Shown here in pieces: positions 17,861 to 26,376 of a DNA stretch of 64,000 nt. Every line of letters starts with the position of its first letter. Within the stretch, counting starts at the first letter, position 1. Source of the DNA: Thermoplasmata archaeon (GTDB taxonomy: Archaea > Thermoplasmatota > Thermoplasmata > Lutacidiplasmatales > UBA184). The DNA lies in the NCBI GenBank assembly GCA_021817245.1, contig JAKAVQ010000001.1:212265-276264 (forward strand), in the 5' to 3' direction. Both the position numbers and the translations under genes were made by a program. The notes under the pieces were generated by a model. That model was not told the DNA's origin. It saw only the letters and a list, made by a program, of their open reading frames with translations, and searched no databases.

Positions 17861-18894
17861 TGCGCGTGTACGTCGAGCTCTCCGGCGAGGCGCCGTCGCT
17901 CGCGTCGGCCGAAGCGGAGGCGGCGGCCGAGGCGATCGGAGGAGGACCGGCGGCCGACGCGGTCGATCTCCCCGGCACGCGGGCGGTCGAGCTGGCGAGC
18001 GCGCGCGACGCCTCCCGGCTCGCCGCGCGGCTGGCGCTCGCCCGTCGATGCCTCGAGCTCCGGGCGGAGGCGGCCGCGGTAGGCGACACGACAGAACGCG
18101 AGGGCCGCACCGGACATGCGGCCGCGTTCCGGCGACTGGGACGTCCCACGGGGGGCGGAGACGTCGACCTCCTCGAACTGGGTCGGCGGTACAAGCACGG
18201 CGGGGGTCGGATCGACCTCGAGCGACCGGAGCGGTGCTTCTGGCTCGCCCGGAGCACCGAGGGGATCGACGTGCTGCTTGAGGAGATCGCGACGGTCGAC
18301 CGGCCGGCCGCCGGCCGGCGGCGGATGCCGCTCCTCCCCTTCCAGCGCCCGGTGAGTCTTCCCCCCCGGCTCGCCCGGGCCGCCGCGAACCTCGCCCGGG
18401 TGCGGCCGGCCGACCGGGTCGTCGATCCGTTCGTCGGCACCGGCGCGCTGCTCGCGGAGGCCGGGCTCCTCGGGGGCCGTACGTATGGGGTCGACCTCGA
18501 CGCGGAGATGGTGCGGGGGGCGTTGCGGAACTTCGCCCACCTGAAGGTGGTCGCCGAAGAGCTCCGGGTGGGGGACGCGGGAGAGGTCGAGTTCTCCGAG
18601 CCCGCCGCGCCCTTCGACAGCGTCCTCACCGACCCGCCCTACGGTCGCTCGTCGTCCACGGGCGGGGAGACGGCCGACGCGCTCGTGCTCCGGGTGCTGC
18701 CCCGCTGGGCCGAGCGGGTCCGCCCCGGGGGCCGGGTCGTGGTCGTGAGCCCGGCCGGCGCCGCCCGGCTGTCGGCTCCTTGGGAGCTGCGGACCGCGGT
18801 CCCCGTGCGGGTCCATCGCAGCCTGACCCGGGAGTTCCGGGTCTACGAGCGGTCGGAGGCTCCGGGCGGACCGATCAGCCAAAGACCGGCGTGA
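17857..18894 (+). CDS. tRNA (guanine-N2)-methyltransferase Trm11/Trm-G10-like (THUMP + SAM-MTase)
   Basis: Start ATGATG overlapping the upstream TGA. N-terminal THUMP-like region, methyltransferase motifs VVDPFVGTGALLAEA and LTDPPYG. Confidence 0.7.
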   Translation: MMRVYVELSGEAPSLASAEAEAAAEAIGGGPAADAVDLPGTRAVELASARDASRLAARLALARRCLELRAEAAAVGDTTEREGRTGHAAAFRRLGRPTGGGDVDLLELGRRYKHGGGRIDLERPERCFWLARSTEGIDVLLEEIATVDRPAAGRRRMPLLPFQRPVSLPPRLARAAANLARVRPADRVVDPFVGTGALLAEAGLLGGRTYGVDLDAEMVRGALRNFAHLKVVAEELRVGDAGEVEFSEPAAPFDSVLTDPPYGRSSSTGGETADALVLRVLPRWAERVRPGGRVVVVSPAGAARLSAPWELRTAVPVRVHRSLTREFRVYERSEAPGGPISQRPA

Positions 18895-20452
18895 ACTTCG
18901 CGTTGGCCGTGCCCCCGCCGCCGGACGGAGGGCACAGCTGCTCCACGTTGACGTAGAGGGTCGCGGCCCGGGCCGGCTCGGTGTTCCAGAACACCACCAG
19001 CAACGGATAGCTGTGGGCACCGGTCGAATTGATCGTGAGGAAGTCGCTCTCGGGCAGCGCGACCGAGGCACCGGACAGTCGGACGACGTTGCCCCCCGGG
19101 AGGAAGAACTCCCACGTCGAATTGACGGCCCAGTCCGTCAGATTGGCCCCGGTGAGGTAGTCACCGGTCGAGTTCGTGACGTTCGCGACCGACGCGGAAA
19201 GCAGGTAGCCGTGGGGGAGCGGGTCGCCGTTAACGATCGTGACCGAGAGGTTCGCCCCGACGGACGCCCCGATCGGCAGGTGCGCGGGGACCGACGAGGT
19301 CGCGCCCTCCGTGGAGAGCGCGCCGGGCGGCACCGCGATCGGGACGACGACGAAGCCGGTCACGAGGATCGCGAGGACGAGCGCACCGACGAGATAGCGG
19401 CCGGTGCCGAGCGGGGTCTGGTCGTTGAGCGGGGGCGGATGCCGTAGGCCGAGGAAGAGGACCAGGATCGCGAAGAACCACCAACCCGTGTAGTAGATCC
19501 CAAGCGCGAAGAGCAGGATCACGACCCCGTAGCTGACGTAGCGCGTCCGGTCGCCAAAGAGGGCGCGGAAGACGTGGCCGCCGTCGAGCTGGCCCGCGGG
19601 GAGGAGGTTGATCGCGGTGACGAAGATGCCGACCCACCCCGCCAGCGCGAGCGGGCTCAAGTTGACGAGTCCGCTCGGTACGAACAACGAGAGCACGCCC
19701 CAGAACAGCGGCGTTCCGATGAGGAGGTTCCCGTAGCTCTGGCCGAGGATCGTCGGCCCGCAGTAGCTCGCGGGCAGGACCGGCGCGTGGACCGAGAGGA
19801 ACAGCCCCGCGATCGCGATCGGGATCGACGCGGCGAACCCCGCCAGCGGTCCGGACGCCCCGATGTCGAAGAGCGCCTTCTTGTCGGGGAACGGCTCCCG
19901 GATGCTGACGAACGCGCCGAGCGTTCCGAAGAGGAACGGGGGGGGCACCGGGATGAAGTACGGCAGTGAGGCATCGAGCCGGCGCCGCCGGGCCATGAGG
20001 TAGTGGGCGAACTCGTGAAGCCCGAGGATCGCCATCACGGGCAGGCCGAAGTAGAGGCTGCCGTAGAGGAAGTCCGTCGCTCCGAGCTGCATCTGGCCGA
20101 TGTAGGTGAGCCAGATCACGGCGCCGGCGAACGTCGTGGTCGCGACCGTGCCGGCGAGGAGGAGGAGGTTGATCCACAGGCGCGTGCGACCGGCCTTCGG
20201 TCGCCGGACGACCTCGACGAAGTCCTCGCCGGAATCCCGACGGAGCACGGGGACGTACCCCTGCGTCCAGAGCTCCTGGCGCATGCGATCGAACTTGTCG
20301 GAGAGCACCGCGCGGTCGACGTGGACCGCGAACAGGACGGACTGTGGCCCGCTACGGGTCTCGTAGACGGGGAAGTAGGTGCTGACCGTCCGGCGCAGGC
20401 GGTCGAGCTCGGAGTTGCCGGAGGAGGGGAGCGGTCCGGCGCCGGTGGCCAT
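18875..20452 (-). CDS. site-2 protease family (M50) membrane metalloprotease with glycosylated C-terminal ectodomain
   Basis: LGLHEFAHYLMARRR (HExxH), NLLPAGQLDGGHV (LDG motif), multiple TM helices. The C-terminal ~130 aa are soluble with 6 N-x-S/T sequons. Contains an 8-G homopolymer (encoding PPP). Confidence 0.85.
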   Translation of the reverse strand: MATGAGPLPSSGNSELDRLRRTVSTYFPVYETRSGPQSVLFAVHVDRAVLSDKFDRMRQELWTQGYVPVLRRDSGEDFVEVVRRPKAGRTRLWINLLLLAGTVATTTFAGAVIWLTYIGQMQLGATDFLYGSLYFGLPVMAILGLHEFAHYLMARRRRLDASLPYFIPVPPPFLFGTLGAFVSIREPFPDKKALFDIGASGPLAGFAASIPIAIAGLFLSVHAPVLPASYCGPTILGQSYGNLLIGTPLFWGVLSLFVPSGLVNLSPLALAGWVGIFVTAINLLPAGQLDGGHVFRALFGDRTRYVSYGVVILLFALGIYYTGWWFFAILVLFLGLRHPPPLNDQTPLGTGRYLVGALVLAILVTGFVVVPIAVPPGALSTEGATSSVPAHLPIGASVGANLSVTIVNGDPLPHGYLLSASVANVTNSTGDYLTGANLTDWAVNSTWEFFLPGGNVVRLSGASVALPESDFLTINSTGAHSYPLLVVFWNTEPARAATLYVNVEQLCPPSGGGGTANAKFTPVFG

Positions 20453-20455
20453 CCG

Positions 20456-20785
20456 CTACGCTCCCGGACCGGTGGGGGCCGACGCGGACTTCCGCAGGCG
20501 CTTCGCGCGCTCCTTCGAGTTGAACCCGGTGACCTCCTCGAGGAACCGATTGTACCGAGCGATCGTCTCCCGGGCGACGTCCTCGGGGACCTTCGGGTTC
20601 ATCGTCACGTCGATCTCGAGCTCCCGGCCCACCGCGCGGCAGACGAGCCGGGAGATCGCGCCGAAGGAGGACGTCACCCGGTCCTCGGTGCGTTCGACGG
20701 TGTCGAAGTGGGCACGGGCGATCCTTTCGAGCTCCTCGGGGACCAGGTGGGCCCGGTGGCTCGCCCGGACGGGGTACTGCTGCAC
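20456..20785 (-). CDS. small conserved archaeal hypothetical protein (possibly DUF5611-like)
   Basis: 109 aa, MQQYPVRASHRAHLVPEELERIARAHFDTVERTEDRVTSSFGAISRL…ARYNRFLEEVTGFNSKERAKRLRK. Ends 4 nt before the S2P start, on the same strand. The family assignment is from memory only. Confidence 0.5.
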   Translation of the reverse strand: MQQYPVRASHRAHLVPEELERIARAHFDTVERTEDRVTSSFGAISRLVCRAVGRELEIDVTMNPKVPEDVARETIARYNRFLEEVTGFNSKERAKRLRKSASAPTGPGA

Positions 20786-20859
20786 GGCTCCGCGACGAAC
20801 CGGGCTCGGTAAATAGGCTCTCTGGGCCGACGCGAAGTCGCCGGGGGGCCCCGCAGGAA

Positions 20860-21081
20860 CTAGACGGTCTCGATCTCGACGAGCACGCGCAGACCCCGCA
20901 GCTGACGGGTCAGCTCGTCGGAGAGGTCAAGGATCTGCTCCCGGTTCGCCGGACCCGACCAGTCGTACACGAAGTCGTAGTTGCCCTGCGTCGGCGCGAA
21001 ACCGCACAGCCGCAGTCGGTCCGCGACGACCGAGGGCTTCGCGCCCTCGCTCGAGAACGTCACCCGGAGGTACGTCTCCAT
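20860..21081 (-). CDS. small hypothetical protein (73 aa)
   Basis: METYLRVTFSSEGAKPSVVADRLRLCGFAPTQGNYDFVYDWSGPANREQILDLSDELTRQLRGLRVLVEIETV. The upstream 285 codons of the ORF are Arg-rich junk. Confidence 0.45.
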   Translation of the reverse strand: METYLRVTFSSEGAKPSVVADRLRLCGFAPTQGNYDFVYDWSGPANREQILDLSDELTRQLRGLRVLVEIETV

Positions 21082-21920
21082 CGCTGGCGGGACGTCGGCG
21101 GGCGCACAAAGACCTTGCGGCCGAGATCCGGTCGTACGAGGGCGAGGAGCGTCCCTTCCAGGGCGCCGGCCCCCCCGGGGGGAAACCGGCGCGCCGGAAG
21201 CCCGACCCCCGCCGAACGGACCGCGACCGCGCCGCTCCCGCGGGCGGCCCTCGCGACGCCGATCCCGAGATCGGCCCCGTCGATCGCCGATTCGGCGAGA
21301 TGTCGAGCCCGCGCCGTGGTCCGCGCCCGCGATGAAACCCGGGGGGACCGCGCGGCTCGCACGCGGGGCGCGGGGAACGCCGCGGCGAGCGCGGCGACGA
21401 TCGCGGGAAGGTCGGCTCCGAGCTCGACCGCGACCCGGATCTCGAGCGGCGCCCGTCGACGTCCCTGGGCATCGATCGTCCCGGCCCGGATCCGGCGGGA
21501 GCTGACGGGCTCCAGGTCGTCGGCGAGGGCGACCGGGACGACCACGAGCGGCAGGCGGGATCGACCGAGACGGCGCCGCTCCGCGTTCACGGCCCGGCCG
21601 CCGGCGACCGTGTCCGCCGAGACGACCAGCGCATCGACCCCGTCCTCGACCGACCGTCCAAAGCGATTCTCGAGGGGGACGAGCCGCCAGCGCCGGGCCG
21701 GGTAGTGCGACCGAAGCCACCGCTCTAGGTTCGCCCGACGTCGTCGGTAAGGCTCGAGCTCGCGCGGGAACGGCTTCGGGTGCTCGGCGAGGTAGGCCTC
21801 GGTGGTGAGCCCGATCGACACCGACCGGCCGACCCGGAACGCCGTGGCGAGCAGGGCCTCGTGACCGACGTGCAGGTGGTCGAAGGTCCCCCCCAGCACG
21901 GCATGCCGGACGCGACCCAC
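21060..21920 (-). CDS. coaD: phosphopantetheine adenylyltransferase, archaeal type (cytidylyltransferase fold), with an unusual ~120-aa C-terminal extension
   Basis: AGGAGG SD then GTG. HAVLGGTFDHLHVGHEALL (H/TxGH nucleotidyltransferase motif). C-terminal …ISRRIRAGTID typical of archaeal PPAT. The frame then stays open ~120 codons further (Ala/Arg-rich); this may be a real extension or GC-driven read-through. Confidence 0.65.
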   Translation of the reverse strand: MGRVRHAVLGGTFDHLHVGHEALLATAFRVGRSVSIGLTTEAYLAEHPKPFPRELEPYRRRRANLERWLRSHYPARRWRLVPLENRFGRSVEDGVDALVVSADTVAGGRAVNAERRRLGRSRLPLVVVPVALADDLEPVSSRRIRAGTIDAQGRRRAPLEIRVAVELGADLPAIVAALAAAFPAPRVRAARSPRVSSRARTTARARHLAESAIDGADLGIGVARAARGSGAVAVRSAGVGLPARRFPPGGAGALEGTLLALVRPDLGRKVFVRPPTSRQRWRRTSG

Positions 21921-21928
21921 GGACCCTC

Positions 21929-22120
21929 CTAGGCAAAGAGCCGGCTCAGGAACGCGATCAGCAGGATGGCGATCGCGCCGTAGAGCAGGTAGGTGTACAT
22001 CCGCCGCGTCGCGATCTGCTGGGCCCGCTTCTCCCGACACGCCCGGCTGCAGGTCTCCTCGTCGACCGCGCAGACCCGTCCGCAGACCCGGCAATGTCGG
22101 TGGTCGGTCTCCGAGGGCAT
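21929..22120 (-). CDS. DUF2116-like small Zn-ribbon membrane protein
   Basis: 63 aa. CRVCGRVCAVDEETCSRAC (C-x2-C…C-x3-C) followed by a single TM helix LLYGAIAILLIAFLSRLF. Confidence 0.55.
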   Translation of the reverse strand: MPSETDHRHCRVCGRVCAVDEETCSRACREKRAQQIATRRMYTYLLYGAIAILLIAFLSRLFA

Positions 22121-22176
22121 GGCGGCGGCAGGAAGGGACTCGGCTTATCGTTGCGGGAGCTCGGGCCGCGGGGGGC

Positions 22177-25100
22177 CTAGGTCCGGCGAACGCGGCGACG
22201 CAGATCACGGTCCGACGGATCCGGCCCCAGCGCCGGCGTCGGGTCCATCGGGTTCGGGGGGTCCGATTCGGCAAAGGAGCGGTACGCCGCCGCCGCCCTC
22301 AGCTCCGCGTCGAGCTCGTCGTCGGTCGGGATCGGGGGCGGTGCGGGACGGGAGGGCCGGGCCGCCGGCCGGGGGCCGGCCTTCAGGACATCGTGGGTCT
22401 CTGCCGAGAGCTGCTTCAAGAGGTTCAGCCAGATCCGGCCCTGGTGGGCGATCGTCCCCTCGAGGCGATCGCGCAGGTCGCTCGTCTGCTCGAGGAGCTC
22501 GCCCTCCACGCGGCGGAGCTCACGGACCAGCTCCCGGCGTAGCTCGTTGACGCGCGACTCGGTCTCCTCGGAGGCCGGACCGCGCTTCTCGAGCTCGGCG
22601 ACCTTGAGCCAGGTCTTCCGGACGACGGGGAGGACCCGGTCGCTCAGCACCAGCAGGCGCCGGTCGAGGTCGTCGGCCTCCTGCCGGATCGACCGCTCGA
22701 CCCGCGCGAGGTCGGTCTCGCGCTGCTGCAGCTTCGTCTCGAGCCGCTCGAGCCGAAGGATCGACTCCGCCTGCGCGGCCTTGAGCCGGAGCTCCGCGTC
22801 GGCGAGTCCCGCGGCGACCACCTTCTCCTGGTCGCCCCGGGCCGACTCGAGCGCCCGCGCGACCCGGTCCCTCACCGCGGCATCGAACCGGCTCGAGTCG
22901 ATCGTCTTCGAAAGGGCCTGATCGACGTCGGCCTTGAGCCGCGCGAGCAGCTCGACGTACTTCTCGCGCTCCCGCTCCTGGTTCTCCCTCAGCTTCTGCT
23001 CGAAGAACGCCTGGAGCCGGACCTGGAGGCCCGCGACGGCCGACGAGTTCGCGTCCGCGATCTCCGCGATCCGCGCCTCGCGCTCGGTCTCCGCGCGCTT
23101 CTCGACGTCGTCGATCCGCTCGTCGGCCAGCTGGAGGAAGTGCTCCCGTTGGTCGGCGATCTGCGTGGCGAGACGGCTCTCGAGGTCCTTCGCGCGCCCC
23201 TCGACCAGGATCGCGACCCGTTGCTCGAGCTCGCGGACCTCCCGGACCCTGTGCTGTTCCGCCGCGTCCGACTGGGACTTGAGCAGCTCCCGAACGCGCG
23301 CCTCGAGCTCCTCCCGGACGGCGGTGACCTGTTCCTTCGATTCCGCCACCTCGAGGTCGAGCTGGGCGACGAGGGCGGCCCGCAGCTCCTCCTCGGATCG
23401 GGCGGACCGTGCCTTGATCTCCTCGAGGTTCTGGCGCAGCTCTTCGCGCAGGCGCTGGGCCCAGAGCTCCCCGGTCGACTGCACCGCCTGCCGGACCTTC
23501 TCCGAAAGGTCGGGAAGGGCGGCGTCCAGCGAGGCGCGCAGCCGCTGCTCAAGGTCGGTGGAGAGCGCGGTGACATCGACGGCCGGCCGGGCCTCGAGCG
23601 GGGCGAGGCGCGCGCCGAGATCGGTGCCGAGTCGAAGGATCCCCTGGGCGGACCGGTCCGAGACCTCGCGGAGGCGCGTCTCCATCGTTCCGAGGAGCTT
23701 CGTTTCGAGCATCGCCGGGTCCGGCGGGGCCGGGGAGCGCTCGAGCGCCGCGACACGAGATTCGAGGAGCCGAAGCGCCTCGCCGTCCGGTTCTCGGGCG
23801 GCCGGCGCCAAGGGGCGCGCGGTAGGAAGACCTGTCACCGGGGGGAACGGGCGGTCCGGCTCGGGGGCCGGCGGGGGTGCCACGGAGGCGAGCCCCGTGG
23901 GGCGGATCTCGGGAGGAGGGGCCGAGGGCCGGATCGACGGATCGTCGCTCACGGAGACGGGCACCGAGGCGGACGGCGGGACCCGTACCTCGGTCGGACG
24001 CTGGAGCCACGGCGGCACCGTCGACGCGACCGGGTCGGAGGGGTCGAGGACCGGTGGGGCGGTCGGAGAGAGACGGCTCTCTTCGAGTCGCGGCAGCAGG
24101 ACCGATGGCTGCGCCTGCACGTACTCGTTCGCGCGCTTCGCGGTCTCGCCGCTCATCGGGACCGAGCGACCCTTCGGGCGGCTCAGGAGGATCGCGGCGG
24201 TCTCCATCGCGGTCGCGATCCGCCACATCTCCTTGCGCCGGTCGCGGCCGCCCTGGCGCTCGGGGTCGTGAAGGTGCGTGACGGAGCGGCCGGACTCGAC
24301 CACGTCGACCCGCCGGGCGATCTCGGCGAGCTTCGATTCGAGCCCGTCCCGGGCGTACTGGAGAACGAGCGGCAGCGACTCCCGGGCGCGAGCGGTGGGC
24401 GGGTGGGTGAGGTCGCGGACGCTGACCGGGGCGAGTTCCCAGGACTGGATCCGCTTGGAGTGCCGGTCCCCCTGAGCCTCCCCCTTCGGCACGCGCATCA
24501 GCGCGAGCGTGAGCGGGATCTGCTCGGTGAACTCGTGGGTGTTGACCTTCGCCTCGGGCAGGAAGTAGGGGAAGACGAGGAACGCGCCGAGGGAGAGCAG
24601 GGAGCCGGGCAGGAGCCGCACCATGTCCTGGACGACCTGGTTCCCCGCCTCCCACTGGTCGGCGGCAACGACGACGACCGGATCGCTCGTCCCCCGATGG
24701 AAGAGGAACCCCTCGCCGACGGCCTGGTAGACCGACGGGTCCGGGTCGACGGTCGGGTGGGTCGGCTGCGCGGGCCCGCCCATCGTCGCGTGGGCCCGCA
24801 GCACCGCAGGTCCGAACTCGCCGGTCGCGAGCAGGTCGGCGGTCGCGAAGACGAGCGTCTTCATGCCGAGCCGGGGACGGTCCTCGGTGGAGAGGAACAT
24901 CCGGCCGACGCACGTGTACCGTCCGTTGGCCGCCGGGTACAGGAACAGGTTGGGGTAGAACGAGAGCGGCTGGGCCGGGTCCGGATCCCAGTAATCGTGG
25001 GTGTCGGCGATGTTGATCGTCAGGTTGCCGACGATCCGGATCGCCTCGAGCGTCTCGCGCCGGCCCGGGAACTCCTCGGGGATGGTCGTGTACCCCGGGC

Positions 25101-25185
25101 TCTCGGCCTCGTTGTCGACCTGGCGGCACCAGACGACCGCGACCGGCGAGAGTCCGGCCGCGACCGGCCCGGATCCGAGCGCCAT
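22177..25185 (-). CDS. 1002-aa protein: novel N-terminal globular domain (~330 aa), Pro-rich linker, ~500-aa coiled coil, acidic C-terminal region
   Basis: Start MALGSGPVAAG at 25183-25185, overlapping the TGA of the upstream GTPase gene (ATGA). The N-domain has an alpha/beta-like pattern (…AVVWCRQVDNEAESPGYTTIPEEFPGRRETLEAIRIVGNLTINIADTHDYWDPD…). The linker is PPxP-rich (residues ~500-600). Then comes a long heptad-rich Glu/Arg/Leu/Ala coiled coil. The 5' 176 codons of ORF 22177..25713 overlap the GTPase gene in another frame and were discarded. Confidence 0.7.
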   Translation of the reverse strand: MALGSGPVAAGLSPVAVVWCRQVDNEAESPGYTTIPEEFPGRRETLEAIRIVGNLTINIADTHDYWDPDPAQPLSFYPNLFLYPAANGRYTCVGRMFLSTEDRPRLGMKTLVFATADLLATGEFGPAVLRAHATMGGPAQPTHPTVDPDPSVYQAVGEGFLFHRGTSDPVVVVAADQWEAGNQVVQDMVRLLPGSLLSLGAFLVFPYFLPEAKVNTHEFTEQIPLTLALMRVPKGEAQGDRHSKRIQSWELAPVSVRDLTHPPTARARESLPLVLQYARDGLESKLAEIARRVDVVESGRSVTHLHDPERQGGRDRRKEMWRIATAMETAAILLSRPKGRSVPMSGETAKRANEYVQAQPSVLLPRLEESRLSPTAPPVLDPSDPVASTVPPWLQRPTEVRVPPSASVPVSVSDDPSIRPSAPPPEIRPTGLASVAPPPAPEPDRPFPPVTGLPTARPLAPAAREPDGEALRLLESRVAALERSPAPPDPAMLETKLLGTMETRLREVSDRSAQGILRLGTDLGARLAPLEARPAVDVTALSTDLEQRLRASLDAALPDLSEKVRQAVQSTGELWAQRLREELRQNLEEIKARSARSEEELRAALVAQLDLEVAESKEQVTAVREELEARVRELLKSQSDAAEQHRVREVRELEQRVAILVEGRAKDLESRLATQIADQREHFLQLADERIDDVEKRAETEREARIAEIADANSSAVAGLQVRLQAFFEQKLRENQEREREKYVELLARLKADVDQALSKTIDSSRFDAAVRDRVARALESARGDQEKVVAAGLADAELRLKAAQAESILRLERLETKLQQRETDLARVERSIRQEADDLDRRLLVLSDRVLPVVRKTWLKVAELEKRGPASEETESRVNELRRELVRELRRVEGELLEQTSDLRDRLEGTIAHQGRIWLNLLKQLSAETHDVLKAGPRPAARPSRPAPPPIPTDDELDAELRAAAAYRSFAESDPPNPMDPTPALGPDPSDRDLRRRVRRT

Positions 25186-26357
25186 CAGCTCCCCTTGGTC
25201 GCGCGGCGCTCGAGCACCCGCTCGCAGGCGCGGGCGAGGGGGAGGGTCGTGTTGACCATCACCGGTACCCCCATCGTGGGGGTTCCGACGTTCGGCGACT
25301 CCTCGCCGGTCTCCCCGACGAACATCGGATGGCCCTCCCCGGTCGAGACGGCGCTCGACACGAGGAAGACGTCCTCGCGGACGGATAGGCCACGACCGTC
25401 CTGGGCGACGAGGATCGTCCCCATCCCGGCACCGTCCCGACGGAGGAGGAACTCGACCGGATCGAACGCGCTGTGGTACGTCCGGTCGCGCACCGACTGC
25501 TCGACCTCGGAGTAGAAGTCCTTGAGCTTGTCTGCCTTCGAGATCGCGATCACGAGCGGGAGGTTGCGGCTGCGGACATAGCGGAAGACGCCGCGCGCGA
25601 GGTTGACCTGCTGGGCCTGGTCGCGGAGCGATGGGAGCGCCGGTGAGAGGAGCAGGATGACGGCGTCGGCCCCCTGGACGAACCGTCCCAGCAGGGTGAG
25701 ACCCCGACGCCACAGGTCGCGCCGGTCCGGGCGCCAGGAATCGAAGTGCGGGATCACGCGGCAGGTCTTCTCGCTGACCTCGCCCTCGGGGGAATCGATC
25801 CAGAGCCGGTCGTAGGTGAAGTAATCCGCGATGATCCCGCCGGCCTCGTCGATCGTGCGGAGCTCCATCGGGCGGGACGCCGCTTCGCCGTTCGGCGCCC
25901 CGTAGCGGAAGCGCATCGTCATCTCGACGAACTGGTTGAACTTCGTCGGCAGCGGATACTTCGTCAAGACGCCCTGATCTTCGCGTCCCGCCGCAAGCTC
26001 CACCCAGAGCTTCCGCCGGTCCTCCATCGGACGATTCACGTAGTACCGGGTCGTCGTCTCGAGGCTTCCCTCGGGGTCCGTGGGGTCGGTCGTCTCGTAC
26101 GTCGTCTCCTCGAGGGCGACGTCGTTCTCGAGCTCCCCGTAGAGCGGGAGCGTCCCGTTCTCCGGGCGGGTCGGCACGTAGAGGATCGGCAGGTTGAGGC
26201 CGAAGTGGCCCGAGAGGAAGCGGAAGTAGGTCGTCTTGCCGGACGCGGGGATCCCGACCACGGCGATGCGGGCCGTGTCGAACGACGGCTTCGACTCCCG
26301 TTCGCGTTTGGACCCGGCTCCCCGGCGGGTGCGCGTCGTGACCTTGACCTCGGGCAT
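25185..26357 (-). CDS. divergent Arf/Sar/SRbeta-like small GTPase with insertions and a C-terminal extension (390 aa)
   Basis: G1 VVGIPASGKTTYF (cf. Arf GLDxAGKTT), G3 TIDEAGG (DxxG), G4 ISKADKL ([NT]KxD-like), G5 VSSAVSTG (SAx). There is an ~80-aa insert between G1 and G3, and a ~100-aa Gly/Val-rich tail. Confidence 0.7.
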   Translation of the reverse strand: MPEVKVTTRTRRGAGSKRERESKPSFDTARIAVVGIPASGKTTYFRFLSGHFGLNLPILYVPTRPENGTLPLYGELENDVALEETTYETTDPTDPEGSLETTTRYYVNRPMEDRRKLWVELAAGREDQGVLTKYPLPTKFNQFVEMTMRFRYGAPNGEAASRPMELRTIDEAGGIIADYFTYDRLWIDSPEGEVSEKTCRVIPHFDSWRPDRRDLWRRGLTLLGRFVQGADAVILLLSPALPSLRDQAQQVNLARGVFRYVRSRNLPLVIAISKADKLKDFYSEVEQSVRDRTYHSAFDPVEFLLRRDGAGMGTILVAQDGRGLSVREDVFLVSSAVSTGEGHPMFVGETGEESPNVGTPTMGVPVMVNTTLPLARACERVLERRATKGS

Positions 26358-26376
26358 CGAACGGCCTAGCGCCTCC

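Noticed and set aside
19948-19955. G8 homopolymer inside the site-2 protease gene considered as a frameshift or phase-variation site
   Set aside because: The frame is intact across it (it encodes a Pro-Pro-Pro hinge between TM helices), and such runs are common at 70% GC.
22177-25713. N-terminal 176 codons of the 1178-aa ORF (MASGSHPAGTVRPGGRRRHP…)
   Set aside because: This part overlaps the well-supported GTPase gene in another frame and is Arg/Pro-rich. An in-frame ATG at 25185 overlapping the GTPase stop gives a clean coupled start.
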